This document shows positions 40,899 through 50,923 of a DNA stretch of 64,000 nucleotides, piece by piece. Source of the stretch: Gemmatimonas sp. Lineage in GTDB: Bacteria; Gemmatimonadota; Gemmatimonadetes; Gemmatimonadales; Gemmatimonadaceae. The stretch spans positions 2,880,001-2,944,000 of the forward strand of contig OZ257156.1 in the NCBI GenBank assembly GCA_965279375.1, written 5' to 3'. A program made the position numbers and the translations under genes. Position 1 is the stretch's first letter; each line of letters begins with the position of its first letter. The notes beneath the pieces were generated by a model. The model worked only from the letters and a program-made list of their open reading frames with translations, searched no databases and was not told where the DNA came from.

Positions 40899-41624
40899 GT
40901 GGCTCCTGAGTCTCTGACCCTCTTCGTCGCGTTCAGCGCCGGCCTGCTCAGTTTTCTGAGTCCGTGCGTGCTGCCGCTCGTGCCCAGCTACGTCACGTTC
41001 ATCACGGGACTGGGGCTCGAGGATGTGTCGCGCGCGCGCAAGACGACGCTCGTGCATGCGCTGCTCTTCGTCTTCGGTTTCTCGTTCATCTTCGTCGCAC
41101 TCGGCGCGGGCGCGACGGCGTTTGGCCAGCTGATGTTCGCGTATCGCGGCTGGATTGCGAAGATCGGCGGCGCGCTGATGGTGCTCATGGGGCTGTGGAT
41201 GCTCGGCGTGCTCAACATCGGTGCGCTGCAGCAGGAGCGTCGGGTGCATCTCACCGACAAGCCGATCGGCTACCTGGGCACCGTCATCGTCGGCATCGCG
41301 TTCGGCGCGGGCTGGACGCCGTGTCTCGGTCCCACGCTCGGGGCGATTCTCGCACTCGCCGCCACGCAGAATGAACTGTCCAAGGGCATCACGCTGCTGG
41401 CGATATACTCTGCGGGACTCGCGGTGCCCTTCCTGCTGGCCGCGCTGCTGCTGGAACGCTTCCTCGCGTTCTTCAAGCAGTTCAAGTCGCACTTGGGGAC
41501 GGTCAATCGCATCGCCGGTGGGCTGTTGATCGTCGTCGGCGTGCTGATGTTCACCGGCTGGTTCGTGCGTCTCGCAGCGATGCTGCAGCCGTACACGCCG
41601 GAGTTTCTGCTGGAGCGATTGTAG
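40899..41624 (+). CDS. ccdA: Cytochrome c biogenesis/thiol-disulfide membrane protein CcdA
   Basis: AGLLSFLSPCVLPLVPSY, FGAGWTPCLGPTL, YSAGLAVPF. Confidence 0.93.
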   Translation: MAPESLTLFVAFSAGLLSFLSPCVLPLVPSYVTFITGLGLEDVSRARKTTLVHALLFVFGFSFIFVALGAGATAFGQLMFAYRGWIAKIGGALMVLMGLWMLGVLNIGALQQERRVHLTDKPIGYLGTVIVGIAFGAGWTPCLGPTLGAILALAATQNELSKGITLLAIYSAGLAVPFLLAALLLERFLAFFKQFKSHLGTVNRIAGGLLIVVGVLMFTGWFVRLAAMLQPYTPEFLLERL

Positions 41625-41625
41625 T

Positions 41626-43485
41626 CTACGCCGCGGCGTCGCTACCCGACTCGATGTCGTCCAGCAGCTGTTGGCGCTGGAGCAAGCGCGCGTAGCGTCC
41701 GCCGAGCGCGACCAGCTGATCGTGCCGCCCTTGCTCCACGATCGCGCCGTCATCAAGCACGATGATGTGATCCGCATCTCGCACGGTGCTGATGCGATGC
41801 GACGCAATCACCGCCGTGCGTCCGGCCAGTACGCCACGCAACCCGGCGAGGATCGCAGCCTCGGTGTGCGTGTCCACCGCAGAGAGCGCGTCGTCGAGCA
41901 ACACGACACGGGGATGGCGCGCCAGCGCACGGGCGAGTGCGGTGCGTTGCTTCTGTCCGCCAGACAGGTTGATGCCCCGCTCGCCGAGCTTGGTGTCGAA
42001 GCCATCGGGTAAGCGCGCGATCGTGTCCGTGAGCTGCGCGATCCCTGCCGCTTCCACGATGGCAGCGTGTTGTGCCGCATCGGATGTGGCGCTCGACAAA
42101 CCGTAGGCGACGTTCGTGCCGATCGTTTCGCTGAACAGCAGCGACTCCTGCGGGACGTAGCCGATTTCGTGTCGCAGCACGTCGAGTGCGAGCGACGTCA
42201 GCGGGATACCGTCCAGCAGAATTTCTCCCTGCTGTGGATCGAACAGTCGAGGCACGAGATCCATCAGCGCGCTCTTGCCTGCACCGGTGGCGCCAACGAT
42301 CGCGAGCGTACCGCCGGCGGGTACGGAAAACGAGATGTCGCGCAGCACCATGCGCGGCGTTGTGGCCTCGCCGTTCGGTTCATACACCGCCGCCTCTGCC
42401 GCCCCGTCTTCAGTTGCGGCGAGCGCCGCCGGATAGTGGAACGACACGTTGCGGAATTCGAGCGCGCGACCAGCGCCGGCCGCTGGGAGCGTCGTGCGTC
42501 CGTCGTCGCGTACGTCACGCGGGAGCGCATCGAGCAACTCCAGCACACGCGCCATCGACGCGGCGCCGCGCTGCAGCAGGTTGGTTGTCCAGCCGAGTGC
42601 GATCAAAGGCCAGGTGAGCATCGCGAGATAGATGCCGAACGCCACGTATCCGCCCACCGTGATGCGGCCTTCGATGAGCAGTCGTCCGCCAACGGCGATC
42701 GTGATCGCACCACCCAGACCTGCGAGCAGCGCAAACCCGGGGTTCATCAGTCCGTTGAGTTTGGCGAGCTGCATGTTGGCGTCGAGATAATGCTCGCCGA
42801 GCAACGCAAAGCGCTGTGCTTCCGACGCTTCCTGACGATACGCACGCACCACGCGCACGCCCGCGAGGTTTTCCTGCGCGCGCGTTGACAGCTGACTGAA
42901 CTGCGATTGCACTGCCTCGAAGCGCTGATGCACCAGTCGTCCGAGGCGAATCATGAGCACGGGCAGGCCGAGCATCGGCAACAGCGCCACCGCCGTCAGC
43001 AGTGGACTGATGCGCAGCATCATCGCCATCGCGAAGAGTCCGCCGGCGACGGTGTTGAGCAGGTACATGATCGCTGGACCGGCCGCCATGCGCACCGCGT
43101 TCAGATCGTTGGTCAGACGCGCCATGAGGTCGCCGGTGCGCCAGCGCACGTACCAGCTCGCATCGAGTGTCGTGAGCTTCGCGAGCAGGTCGCGACGCAG
43201 ATCGGTCTCGATCTTGCGACTGACGCCGTTGAGCAGGTTCCGCATCAGAAAGCGCAACACTCCGCTTGCCACAGCAGTGATGAGCATCACCGCGCCGAGG
43301 CGCAACAATCCGCTCGTCGGGCTGCCCGCGCGCATGGCGTCGATTCCGCGATTCAGCAGCGACGGGATGACACTGGCCAGCGCAGCCGCGATAATTACTG
43401 ACAACAACCCGACGGCAACTTGCAGGCGGTACGGGTGGTAGTACGGTACAAGGCGCAGCAGTGCGCGTCGGGCTGGTCCCGGCAT
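41626..43485 (-). CDS. ABC exporter, fused TMD-NBD (MdlA/MsbA-like)
   Basis: TGDLMARLTND, GATGAGKS, LSGGQKQR, LLDDALSAVD. Confidence 0.92.
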   Translation of the reverse strand: MPGPARRALLRLVPYYHPYRLQVAVGLLSVIIAAALASVIPSLLNRGIDAMRAGSPTSGLLRLGAVMLITAVASGVLRFLMRNLLNGVSRKIETDLRRDLLAKLTTLDASWYVRWRTGDLMARLTNDLNAVRMAAGPAIMYLLNTVAGGLFAMAMMLRISPLLTAVALLPMLGLPVLMIRLGRLVHQRFEAVQSQFSQLSTRAQENLAGVRVVRAYRQEASEAQRFALLGEHYLDANMQLAKLNGLMNPGFALLAGLGGAITIAVGGRLLIEGRITVGGYVAFGIYLAMLTWPLIALGWTTNLLQRGAASMARVLELLDALPRDVRDDGRTTLPAAGAGRALEFRNVSFHYPAALAATEDGAAEAAVYEPNGEATTPRMVLRDISFSVPAGGTLAIVGATGAGKSALMDLVPRLFDPQQGEILLDGIPLTSLALDVLRHEIGYVPQESLLFSETIGTNVAYGLSSATSDAAQHAAIVEAAGIAQLTDTIARLPDGFDTKLGERGINLSGGQKQRTALARALARHPRVVLLDDALSAVDTHTEAAILAGLRGVLAGRTAVIASHRISTVRDADHIIVLDDGAIVEQGRHDQLVALGGRYARLLQRQQLLDDIESGSDAAA

Positions 43486-43512
43486 CTTATCCTACACTCT
43501 GGAGACGCATCA

Positions 43513-44394
43513 ATGCGTGAATATACGCCTCGTCATCACCGCACGCTCGCATACGTCGCAGCCGCCATGCTCGGCGCGATGGTGCTCGGCGCTTGCGGCG
43601 ACAAGAAGACGGACAGTGCGTTGACGACGGACTCGGCGCTGGGCCGCGATCTCGCGTTGGCCGCCAGCGACACCGCCGCAAAGCCCAAGCTCGAGGACGT
43701 TCCCGCGCCCGCGCCGGCACCCGAGCCGGCACCCACTCCCGCACCGGAGCCGGTTCGTCGTCCGACGCCCAAACCCGCACCGAAGCCCACCGCACCCAAG
43801 CCGACGCCGGCGCCGGCCGCTACGCCGGCTCCTGCGCCCGCGCCCGCTGCGCCGACCACCGGCGTCGTGCAGGCTGGCACCACGTTGAGCTTTGCCGCCA
43901 ACCAGAAGGTCTGCAGCAACACCACGCAGGTGGGTGAGAAGTTCACGGCCGATCTGACGGAGACGGTGGCCGCGTCCAACGGTCTGTCGATTCCTGCTGG
44001 CGCGACGGGCACGTTCGAAGTGGTCGAGGCGAAGACGGCGCAGAACTCCAACGACAACACGGTGCTCACCGTGAAGTTGGTGGCCGTGCAGTACGGCGGT
44101 CGTTCGTATCCAGTCGATGCCACGGTGCAGGATGCGGGCACCACCCGCGTGCGCAGCGCTTCCAAGACGACGGACGCCAAGAAGGTTGCTGGTGGCGCGG
44201 TCATCGGCGCGATCGCCGGTCAGATCCTCGGCAAGAACACGAAGGGCACCGTGATCGGTGCGGCAGCGGGCGCCGCGGCGGGTACGGCTGCTGCTGCCGC
44301 GACGGCCAACTATGACACCTGTCTCAACAACGGTGGCACGGTGACGGTGAAGCTCGACGCGCCGGCCACTATTCGCGCTGCCAGCGCGCCATAA
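43513..44394 (+). CDS. Lipoprotein with Pro-rich linker and C-terminal beta domain carrying a glycine-zipper hairpin
   Basis: GGAG RBS, lipobox LGAC, (PA/PE/PK)n linker, AGGAVIGAIAG...IGAAAGAAAG. Confidence 0.8.
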   Translation: MREYTPRHHRTLAYVAAAMLGAMVLGACGDKKTDSALTTDSALGRDLALAASDTAAKPKLEDVPAPAPAPEPAPTPAPEPVRRPTPKPAPKPTAPKPTPAPAATPAPAPAPAAPTTGVVQAGTTLSFAANQKVCSNTTQVGEKFTADLTETVAASNGLSIPAGATGTFEVVEAKTAQNSNDNTVLTVKLVAVQYGGRSYPVDATVQDAGTTRVRSASKTTDAKKVAGGAVIGAIAGQILGKNTKGTVIGAAAGAAAGTAAAAATANYDTCLNNGGTVTVKLDAPATIRAASAP

Positions 44395-44437
44395 CTCGGT
44401 CGCGCTGACATCGCAGTCGTTTCGATGTAGCCGTTGG

Positions 44438-46228
44438 TCAGTATCCGACCGCGCCGCCACTGCGGCGCGGTTCGGGTACGCCTTCCCAGCCGCCCTGCAC
44501 GCGCATGATCGCGTTGACGTTCACCAGGGCCCGCTGCATGCGCATTGCATGCCCCATGCGGCGCAAAGAGTCCAGTACGGCCGGACGAATACCGCCGTCC
44601 TCGAACGCGAGTGAATCCGGCAGCGCCTGATGATGCACACGAGGCGCGCGCATCGCGTCCGCGAGCGACATGCGATGCTCCAGCACATTCAGGATCACCT
44701 GACTCGTGCCAGTGATGATCGTCGGACCGCCCGCCGCGCCGACCACCAGCAGCACCTTGCCATCGCGATCGAGCACGATCGTTGGCGACATCGCGCTCAG
44801 CATGCGCTTGCCGGGCTGAATGGCGTTCTGTTCACCTTGCACGAGCCCGAACATGTTCGGCTTGCCCGGTTGCGCGGCGAAGTCGTCCATCTCGTCGTTG
44901 AGCATGAAGCCTGCGCCACGCACCCACACGCCCGAACCCCACGAGTTGTTGAGCGTCGTCGTGTTGGCGACCGCATTGCCGGCCTTGTCCACCACGGAGT
45001 AGTGCGTGGTGTGCGTCGGCTCGCGCGCCGCCTGCTCCATCCTGGGCTCGAGCTCCTTCGTGGGTGTCGCTCGCGCGTCTTCGATGGTGGCGCGCAACGC
45101 GCGCGCGTACGACTTGCTCGTGAGCTGCGCCAGCGGCACCTTCACGAACGCCGGATCACCTAACTTCGCGTTGCGATCGATGAAGGCGCGCTGGTACGCG
45201 CTGCCCACGAGATGAAACCACTGCGCGCTGCCGTACGCCGGCAGTGTCGGGTACTGCTCGAGAATGTTGAGCGCTTCGGCCGTGGTCACGCCGCCCGACG
45301 ACGACGGCGGCATCGAGACCAGCGCGTAGCCGCGGTATGTCGTGTTGATGGGCGTGCGCATCGCTGGCTCATAGCGCTTGAGATCCGCCCTCGTGATGAT
45401 CCCGCCGCCACGCTGCTGCTCTGCCACCAGCGAGTCGGCGATCCACCCTTCGTAGAACGCCTTGGCGCCTTGCGCCGCGATGGCTTGCAGGGTGCGCGCG
45501 AGGTCGGGCTGCGTGAGCCGGTCGCCTGCCTTGAGCGGCTGTCCGCCTGGATAGTAAGGCGTCTCCTTGCTGACATTGGTCACGTAGCTGCGCGCGCGAG
45601 AGATCGAGCCGGCAAGCGCGGTATCGATGACGAAGCCGTCGCGCGCGAGTCGAATGGCCGGTTGCATCACCTGCGAGAGCGACATCGTGCCGTACTTGGC
45701 GAGCGCCGCGGAGAGACCGGCCACGGCGCCCGGTACGCCCGACGCGAGATGCCCCACGATGCTCTTGTTGGTCAGCTTGCCGTTGGCGTCGAGATACATG
45801 TCACGCGTTGCGGCGAGCGGTGCGATCTCCCGATAGTCGATCGCTGCTTCACGTCCGTCGGCCATGTGCACGACCATGTAGCCGCCGCCGCCGATGTTTC
45901 CTGCCTCGGGCCACGCCACCGACAGCGCGAAGCCGAGTGCAACGGCCGCGTCCACGGCGTTGCCGCCCGACTTGAGAATCTCGGCTGCGGCCGCGCTGGC
46001 CTCCGGGCTGTTGCTCACCGCCATCGCGCTCGGCGCAAACGTTGCCTTGGCTCCGGCGGGCAGATGCCAGCCTGTGGGGAAGCTCGGCGCCACGCGCGCC
46101 GGCACGGCAGTGGAGGTCGTGGAAGCGTCCGATCGCGTGCTCCCGGCGGGCGCGCAGGCCAAGGCAAAACTGGCGGCGAGGCCCAGCGCGCCGATCGCCG
46201 CGCGTCGAGAGAGTGGAGAGGCGGCCAT
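44438..46228 (-). CDS. ggt: Gamma-glutamyltransferase
   Basis: GGNAVDAAVA, PPSSSGG, autoproteolytic HTTHYS, LNDEMDDF, PGKRMLSAM, GAAGG. SRR (Tat-like) signal and LAC lipobox. Confidence 0.95.
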   Translation of the reverse strand: MAASPLSRRAAIGALGLAASFALACAPAGSTRSDASTTSTAVPARVAPSFPTGWHLPAGAKATFAPSAMAVSNSPEASAAAAEILKSGGNAVDAAVALGFALSVAWPEAGNIGGGGYMVVHMADGREAAIDYREIAPLAATRDMYLDANGKLTNKSIVGHLASGVPGAVAGLSAALAKYGTMSLSQVMQPAIRLARDGFVIDTALAGSISRARSYVTNVSKETPYYPGGQPLKAGDRLTQPDLARTLQAIAAQGAKAFYEGWIADSLVAEQQRGGGIITRADLKRYEPAMRTPINTTYRGYALVSMPPSSSGGVTTAEALNILEQYPTLPAYGSAQWFHLVGSAYQRAFIDRNAKLGDPAFVKVPLAQLTSKSYARALRATIEDARATPTKELEPRMEQAAREPTHTTHYSVVDKAGNAVANTTTLNNSWGSGVWVRGAGFMLNDEMDDFAAQPGKPNMFGLVQGEQNAIQPGKRMLSAMSPTIVLDRDGKVLLVVGAAGGPTIITGTSQVILNVLEHRMSLADAMRAPRVHHQALPDSLAFEDGGIRPAVLDSLRRMGHAMRMQRALVNVNAIMRVQGGWEGVPEPRRSGGAVGY

Positions 46229-46327
46229 GAGACGTTGTGCGGAAGAGAGGCGAGGTAGGGCGCGCGGGTCGAGTTCGCGCGATGTGAGGCGGCGATCTGG
46301 GGCGGTGCTACGAAGACCGACGCCTGA

Positions 46328-47101
46328 CTAGAACGAAAATCGCAGACTGGCGCGGGTTGTGCGACTGCGCCACGTCCGACCGGTGCCGCTGGGCAAGTCG
46401 GCCTTGCTGTGCCAGCCCATGCCGACGTCCTGCACGAACGTGATCACGAGTCCGCGGGAGAGTGGGTAGCCGAAGCCCAGCCCGATGGCGCCACTCAGGT
46501 CGGTCGCGCCGGACGGCTTGCCGATGGGTGTCGCCGTGGAATCGCGCGTACGCATGTTGCGGAAGCCGGTCACGCCGCCGGTCGCCTCGAAGAGCGTATG
46601 AAAGCCAGTGCCGCCGCCCGATCGAAACTGTCCCATCACCGACCAAAGCTGGGTTTGTGCGGCGCAGCTGGTCGCGCAGATGGTCGGCAGCGGCGTGACC
46701 CCGCCCGTCGTGCCATTCGTTGGGGCACTGGGCAGCGGTACGCCGCTCAACGGTGCCACGGTGACGTCGACGAGTCCGTACGCGACGGCGACGCCGATGC
46801 TGGTGAATTCGTCGGAGCTGCGCTCGAGCGTGCCGCGCATCTGCCAGAGCGGATCCGAGCCGAATCGCCACTGACTCGCCGTGGCGCCATCGTTGACGTT
46901 GGAGATGGACACCGCGCCAGCACCGGCTGAGAACCACCACGCACTGTTGCTGCGTGCGACGGGCGCGCGGCCGCGGATCTGGGCGGACAACGGTGTGCTG
47001 ATGACACCGACGGCGACCAGCAGGGCGGCAAGGGACGGCAGCGAAAAACCCGCGCTGCGCCAACGTGTGCCAAGTGTTGATCTGGCTTGCGGTTCGCTCA
47101 T
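46328..47101 (-). CDS. Hypothetical secreted protein, probable small outer-membrane beta-barrel
   Basis: Signal peptide, alternating amphipathic strands, C-terminal ASLRFSF (beta-signal-like). Confidence 0.62.
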   Translation of the reverse strand: MSEPQARSTLGTRWRSAGFSLPSLAALLVAVGVISTPLSAQIRGRAPVARSNSAWWFSAGAGAVSISNVNDGATASQWRFGSDPLWQMRGTLERSSDEFTSIGVAVAYGLVDVTVAPLSGVPLPSAPTNGTTGGVTPLPTICATSCAAQTQLWSVMGQFRSGGGTGFHTLFEATGGVTGFRNMRTRDSTATPIGKPSGATDLSGAIGLGFGYPLSRGLVITFVQDVGMGWHSKADLPSGTGRTWRSRTTRASLRFSF

Positions 47102-47175
47102 TACGACCGGTAAGTTAGCCGGGGTGCCAATTCGGCGATAGCCGAAAGGATGCTGGCTCCCCTTTCACATCACTC

Positions 47176-48117
47176 GTGTCTGCTCCGACGCTGGATCCTC
47201 GCGTCACCGAACGCCGCAATCCGCGCACCGTCGATATCGATCTGGCGACGCCGGAACAGATCGTCGATCTGATCAACGCCGAAGATCAGGGCGTTGCCGA
47301 TGCCGTTCTGACACAGCGCGAACCGATCGCGCAGACCATACGCGCTGTCGAAGAGGCTTTCCGCGTCGGCAATCGGCTCCTGTACGTGGGCGCCGGAACG
47401 TCGGGACGCCTGGGTGTGCTCGATGCGAGCGAATGTCCGCCAACATTCGGCACCGATCCCTCGATGGTGGTCGGTATCATCGCTGGCGGTGATCACGCGC
47501 TGCGCAATCCGATCGAAGGCGCCGAAGACAGCGAGAGCGAAGGCGCGCGCGTGATGCTCGAACACGCAGTCGTCGAGGGCGATGTGGTGGTGGGCATCGC
47601 AGCGTCGGGTACGACGCCGTTCGTGCGCGGTGCGCTGGCTCAAGCGAAAAAGCTGCGCGCGGTCACTGCGCTGATTGCGTGCAGTGAGCCGCCGCCAGCG
47701 ATGCGAGACGTCGCCGACATTCTGATGCTGCCGATCGTTGGCCCCGAAGCGCTCACAGGATCGACGCGCCTCAAAGCCGGCACGGCAACGAAGCTCGTCT
47801 GCAACATGATCACCACAGGTGCGATGATCCGCATCGGCAAGAGCTTCGGCAACCTGATGGTCGATTTGCGCGCGTCGAATGTGAAGCTGATGGATCGCGC
47901 GGAACGCATGATCATGTCCGTGTGCGATGTGGAGCGTGAGGTCGCACGCGGCGTGCTCGATCGCGCGGGCGGGTCAGTCAAGGTCGCGATCGTGATGCAG
48001 TCGCTCGGCATCGAGGCCAGCGAGGCTCGTCGCATGCTCGACGATGCAGGTGGCGTGATTCGGCGCGTCGTGGCGAGTGCGCCACCGCCAGTGCCCGACA
48101 GCGGACTCCGTTCGTGA
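47176..48117 (+). CDS. murQ: N-acetylmuramic acid 6-phosphate etherase
   Basis: TERRNP, GAGTSGRLGVLDASECPPTF, EGAED, GPEALTGSTRLKAGTA, GNLMVD. Confidence 0.96.
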   Translation: MSAPTLDPRVTERRNPRTVDIDLATPEQIVDLINAEDQGVADAVLTQREPIAQTIRAVEEAFRVGNRLLYVGAGTSGRLGVLDASECPPTFGTDPSMVVGIIAGGDHALRNPIEGAEDSESEGARVMLEHAVVEGDVVVGIAASGTTPFVRGALAQAKKLRAVTALIACSEPPPAMRDVADILMLPIVGPEALTGSTRLKAGTATKLVCNMITTGAMIRIGKSFGNLMVDLRASNVKLMDRAERMIMSVCDVEREVARGVLDRAGGSVKVAIVMQSLGIEASEARRMLDDAGGVIRRVVASAPPPVPDSGLRS

Positions 48118-48124
48118 GCACGAC

Positions 48125-49327
48125 GTGAGCACTGCGCCGCACGCGGTGGTCGTCGGGCTGATGTCCGGCACGTCGCTCGATGGCATTTCCGCAGCGGCCG
48201 TACAGTTCCACGACGACGACGCGGGACGCCCGCAAGCGCGGATGCTCGCGTTCGCGCAACGTTCGTACACGAGCGCGGAACGTCGCCGCCTCGAAGACAG
48301 CATGCGCAGCGCGAGCGCACAGGAGTACTGCCGACTCCACGTGGATATGGGAACGTGGCTGGCCGATGCCGCGGTGGCGGTCATGGCCGATGCGGGCGTT
48401 GCACGCGCCGACGTCGCCGCCATCGCATCGCATGGGCAAACGCTCTGGCACGAGGTTGGACATAGCACGTGGCAGATCGGTGATCCCGCGACGATCGCGG
48501 AGCGCACCGGCTGCGCCGTGGTCTCCGACTTCCGTGCGCGAGACGTCGCGGCCGGTGGGCAGGGCGCGCCGCTCGTCCCCATCGCCGACGCGTTGCTGTT
48601 TTCGCATCCCACCGAGTGGCGCGCGCTGCAGAATCTGGGAGGCATCGGCAACGTCACCGTGGTGCCGCCGCTCTCGGCGCACGCCGCCGACGGACACCGC
48701 GCCGTGCGCGCGTTCGATACGGGCCCCGGGTGTGTGCTCATCGACTCGGTCACGCGTCTGCTGCGCCCCGAGCTGCCCTACGATGTGGGAGGCGCACTGG
48801 GCGCCGCCGGACAAGCGCTGGAAGCGGTGATCCGCACGGAGATGGCGCACCCCTTCTACGACGCGGAGCCGCCCAAGAGCACGGGGCGCGAGCTGTTCAC
48901 GCGCGAGTACGTGGACGCATTCCTCGCGACGTGTCGCGCGCACGGTGCCAGCGACGAAGACGTGATTGCTACCGCCACGACTCTCACCGCGAGGACCGTC
49001 GCCGATCAGTACCGTCGTTTTCTGCCGGAGCCGATCAGCGACGTGCTCCTGTCCGGAGGCGGTGCGCACAATCCCACACTCGTATCCGCGATTCAATCCG
49101 AAATTGCAGCGTCGCTGGGAGTGCACTCCGCACGCGGTGGCGTCGCGCCACGTGTGCGGCGTTTCGACGAACTGTTCTTCGACAGCGAGGCGAAGGAAGC
49201 GGTCGCCTTTGCGCTGTTAGGCTACCTGCATCTGACGGGACGCGCCGGCAACGTGCCCAGTGCCACCGGCGCGAGCGGCCCGCGCGTGCTTGGTTCCCTC
49301 ACACCCGCGTTGTCGCGGTCGCATTGA
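48125..49327 (+). CDS. anmK: Anhydro-N-acetylmuramic acid kinase
   Basis: GLMSGTSLDG, HGQT, DFRARDVAAGGQGAPLVP, NLGGIGN, FDTGPG, PKSTGRELF, KEAVAFA. Confidence 0.96.
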   Translation: MSTAPHAVVVGLMSGTSLDGISAAAVQFHDDDAGRPQARMLAFAQRSYTSAERRRLEDSMRSASAQEYCRLHVDMGTWLADAAVAVMADAGVARADVAAIASHGQTLWHEVGHSTWQIGDPATIAERTGCAVVSDFRARDVAAGGQGAPLVPIADALLFSHPTEWRALQNLGGIGNVTVVPPLSAHAADGHRAVRAFDTGPGCVLIDSVTRLLRPELPYDVGGALGAAGQALEAVIRTEMAHPFYDAEPPKSTGRELFTREYVDAFLATCRAHGASDEDVIATATTLTARTVADQYRRFLPEPISDVLLSGGGAHNPTLVSAIQSEIAASLGVHSARGGVAPRVRRFDELFFDSEAKEAVAFALLGYLHLTGRAGNVPSATGASGPRVLGSLTPALSRSH

Positions 49328-49396
49328 TGCGCGTTCCTTCGGATCATTCGTGGAACAGTCGAGTACCTTTCGCCGTGTGCCCTTGGAATCGATGCC

Positions 49397-50893
49397 ATGA
49401 GTGAACAGACCAGGCGCGAGCTCGCGCAGCTGCTGATCCCCACGCTGCAATGGCAGCCGGGACAGGGCTTCGCGGCCGTGCGTCCGCTCATCGAAGAGGC
49501 GCTCGCACTCGGCGTGGGTGGATTCCAGTTGGTCGGCGGTGAACAGGACACCGTGCGCGCGCTGGCGAAGGAGCTGCAGCTCAAGTCGCGGCATCCCTTG
49601 CTCATCGCAGCCGAGTTGGAACGGGGGGCAGGGCAACAGTTTGCCGGTGCGACCGGACTCCCCCCGGCTGCTGCCATCACCGCGACTGGTGATCTCGAGT
49701 CATTGCGGCGCGCGGCTCGGCTCACCGCTCGCGAAGCGCGCACGATGGGCGTGAACTGGAATTTGGCGCCGGTCTGCGATCTCGACCTGCTGGCCACCAA
49801 CCCGGTGTTGGGATCGCGTGCGATGGGTAGCGAGGCGCGCCGTGTCGCGCCGTTGGTGCAGGCGTGGATCGAGGCGTGTCAGGCAGAAGGCGTATTGGCG
49901 TGTGCCAAACGGTTCCCTGGCACAGGGCGCATGACGGACGATCCGTCGCTCAGCTCGCCGGTCATCGATACGCCGGCCGACCAGATCAAGGAGATCGATC
50001 TCCAGCCGTTTCGCTCAGCGATCGCGGCAGGTGTCGCCAGCATCATGACGTCGCATGCGGCGTACCCTTCGCTCGATTCGAGTCGCCTGCCCGCAACGCT
50101 GTCACGCGAGGTGCTGCAGTGGCTGCTGCGCCAGCAGCTCAAGTACGACAACCTCATTGTCGCCGACGCGATGACGATGGCGGCGGTGACACACGGTCGC
50201 GACGCGGCGCAAGCGGCGGTGCTCGCCCTGCGCGGTGGATGCGACGTATTGCTCTCGCCCGGCGAGTTGAGCGTGACGCTCGACGCTCTCGAAGCGGCCC
50301 TCGACGACGGCACGCTCGAGCCTGAGCGCGTGAAGCAATCAGTGCGTCGCCGGCTCAAGTGGGCGCAGTGGGCGTCCCCTCCCAACGACTGGCGTCGACC
50401 GAGCGGTGCAGATACGGCGTGGGGTGCGTTGCTCGCCGACCGCGTGCTCAAGGTGACGCACGGTCCGCTGCCGGCGATGGGCGCGATCACCGAAGTGGTC
50501 GTGGTGGACGACGATGAAGGCGTACCAGGTGCAGGTGCCATCCCCGCGAATGCAACGACCGTGCTGGTGGAGGCGCTGCGCGTTGGCGGGCACGACGCGC
50601 GACTGGCGACTGCGCCAACCGTGGCGAGCGGCGGTCCGCTGGTGATCGCGCTGTTCTCGGACTTCCTGCCGTTCAAGGCGCGCACGCAGCTTTTGTCGAG
50701 CAGTGTCGAACGTGTGCAGACGCTGATCGATCAGGCAGCGGCACTGCAACGCGGCGTCGTGCTGGTGGGACTCGGCGATCCGCGCTACGTGAGTCAGCTC
50801 GGGCTCGAAGTCCCGACGATCATGGCGTGGAGTGGCGACCGTGTGATGCAACAGGCCGCGGCTCGCGCGCTGCTGCGCCCACGGCGCGGCTGA
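49397..50893 (+). CDS. Glycoside hydrolase family 3 (NagZ-like) protein with degenerate catalytic motif
   Basis: GH3 N-terminal features (GVNWNLAPVCD, IMTSH, PATLS, LLRQQL, VADAM) and position after murQ-anmK, but KRFPGTG..DPS replaces KHFPGHG..DSH. Confidence 0.82.
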   Translation: MSEQTRRELAQLLIPTLQWQPGQGFAAVRPLIEEALALGVGGFQLVGGEQDTVRALAKELQLKSRHPLLIAAELERGAGQQFAGATGLPPAAAITATGDLESLRRAARLTAREARTMGVNWNLAPVCDLDLLATNPVLGSRAMGSEARRVAPLVQAWIEACQAEGVLACAKRFPGTGRMTDDPSLSSPVIDTPADQIKEIDLQPFRSAIAAGVASIMTSHAAYPSLDSSRLPATLSREVLQWLLRQQLKYDNLIVADAMTMAAVTHGRDAAQAAVLALRGGCDVLLSPGELSVTLDALEAALDDGTLEPERVKQSVRRRLKWAQWASPPNDWRRPSGADTAWGALLADRVLKVTHGPLPAMGAITEVVVVDDDEGVPGAGAIPANATTVLVEALRVGGHDARLATAPTVASGGPLVIALFSDFLPFKARTQLLSSSVERVQTLIDQAAALQRGVVLVGLGDPRYVSQLGLEVPTIMAWSGDRVMQQAAARALLRPRRG

Positions 50894-50923
50894 TCAGCTA
50901 GCGCGCCGTCGGCAAGACGCGCG

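Noticed and set aside
43700..43860. Repetitive DNA as CRISPR or mobile repeat
   Set aside because: It is degenerate Pro/Ala codon repetition within a lipoprotein linker, with no repeat-spacer structure. No CRISPR array or cas gene was seen anywhere in the window.
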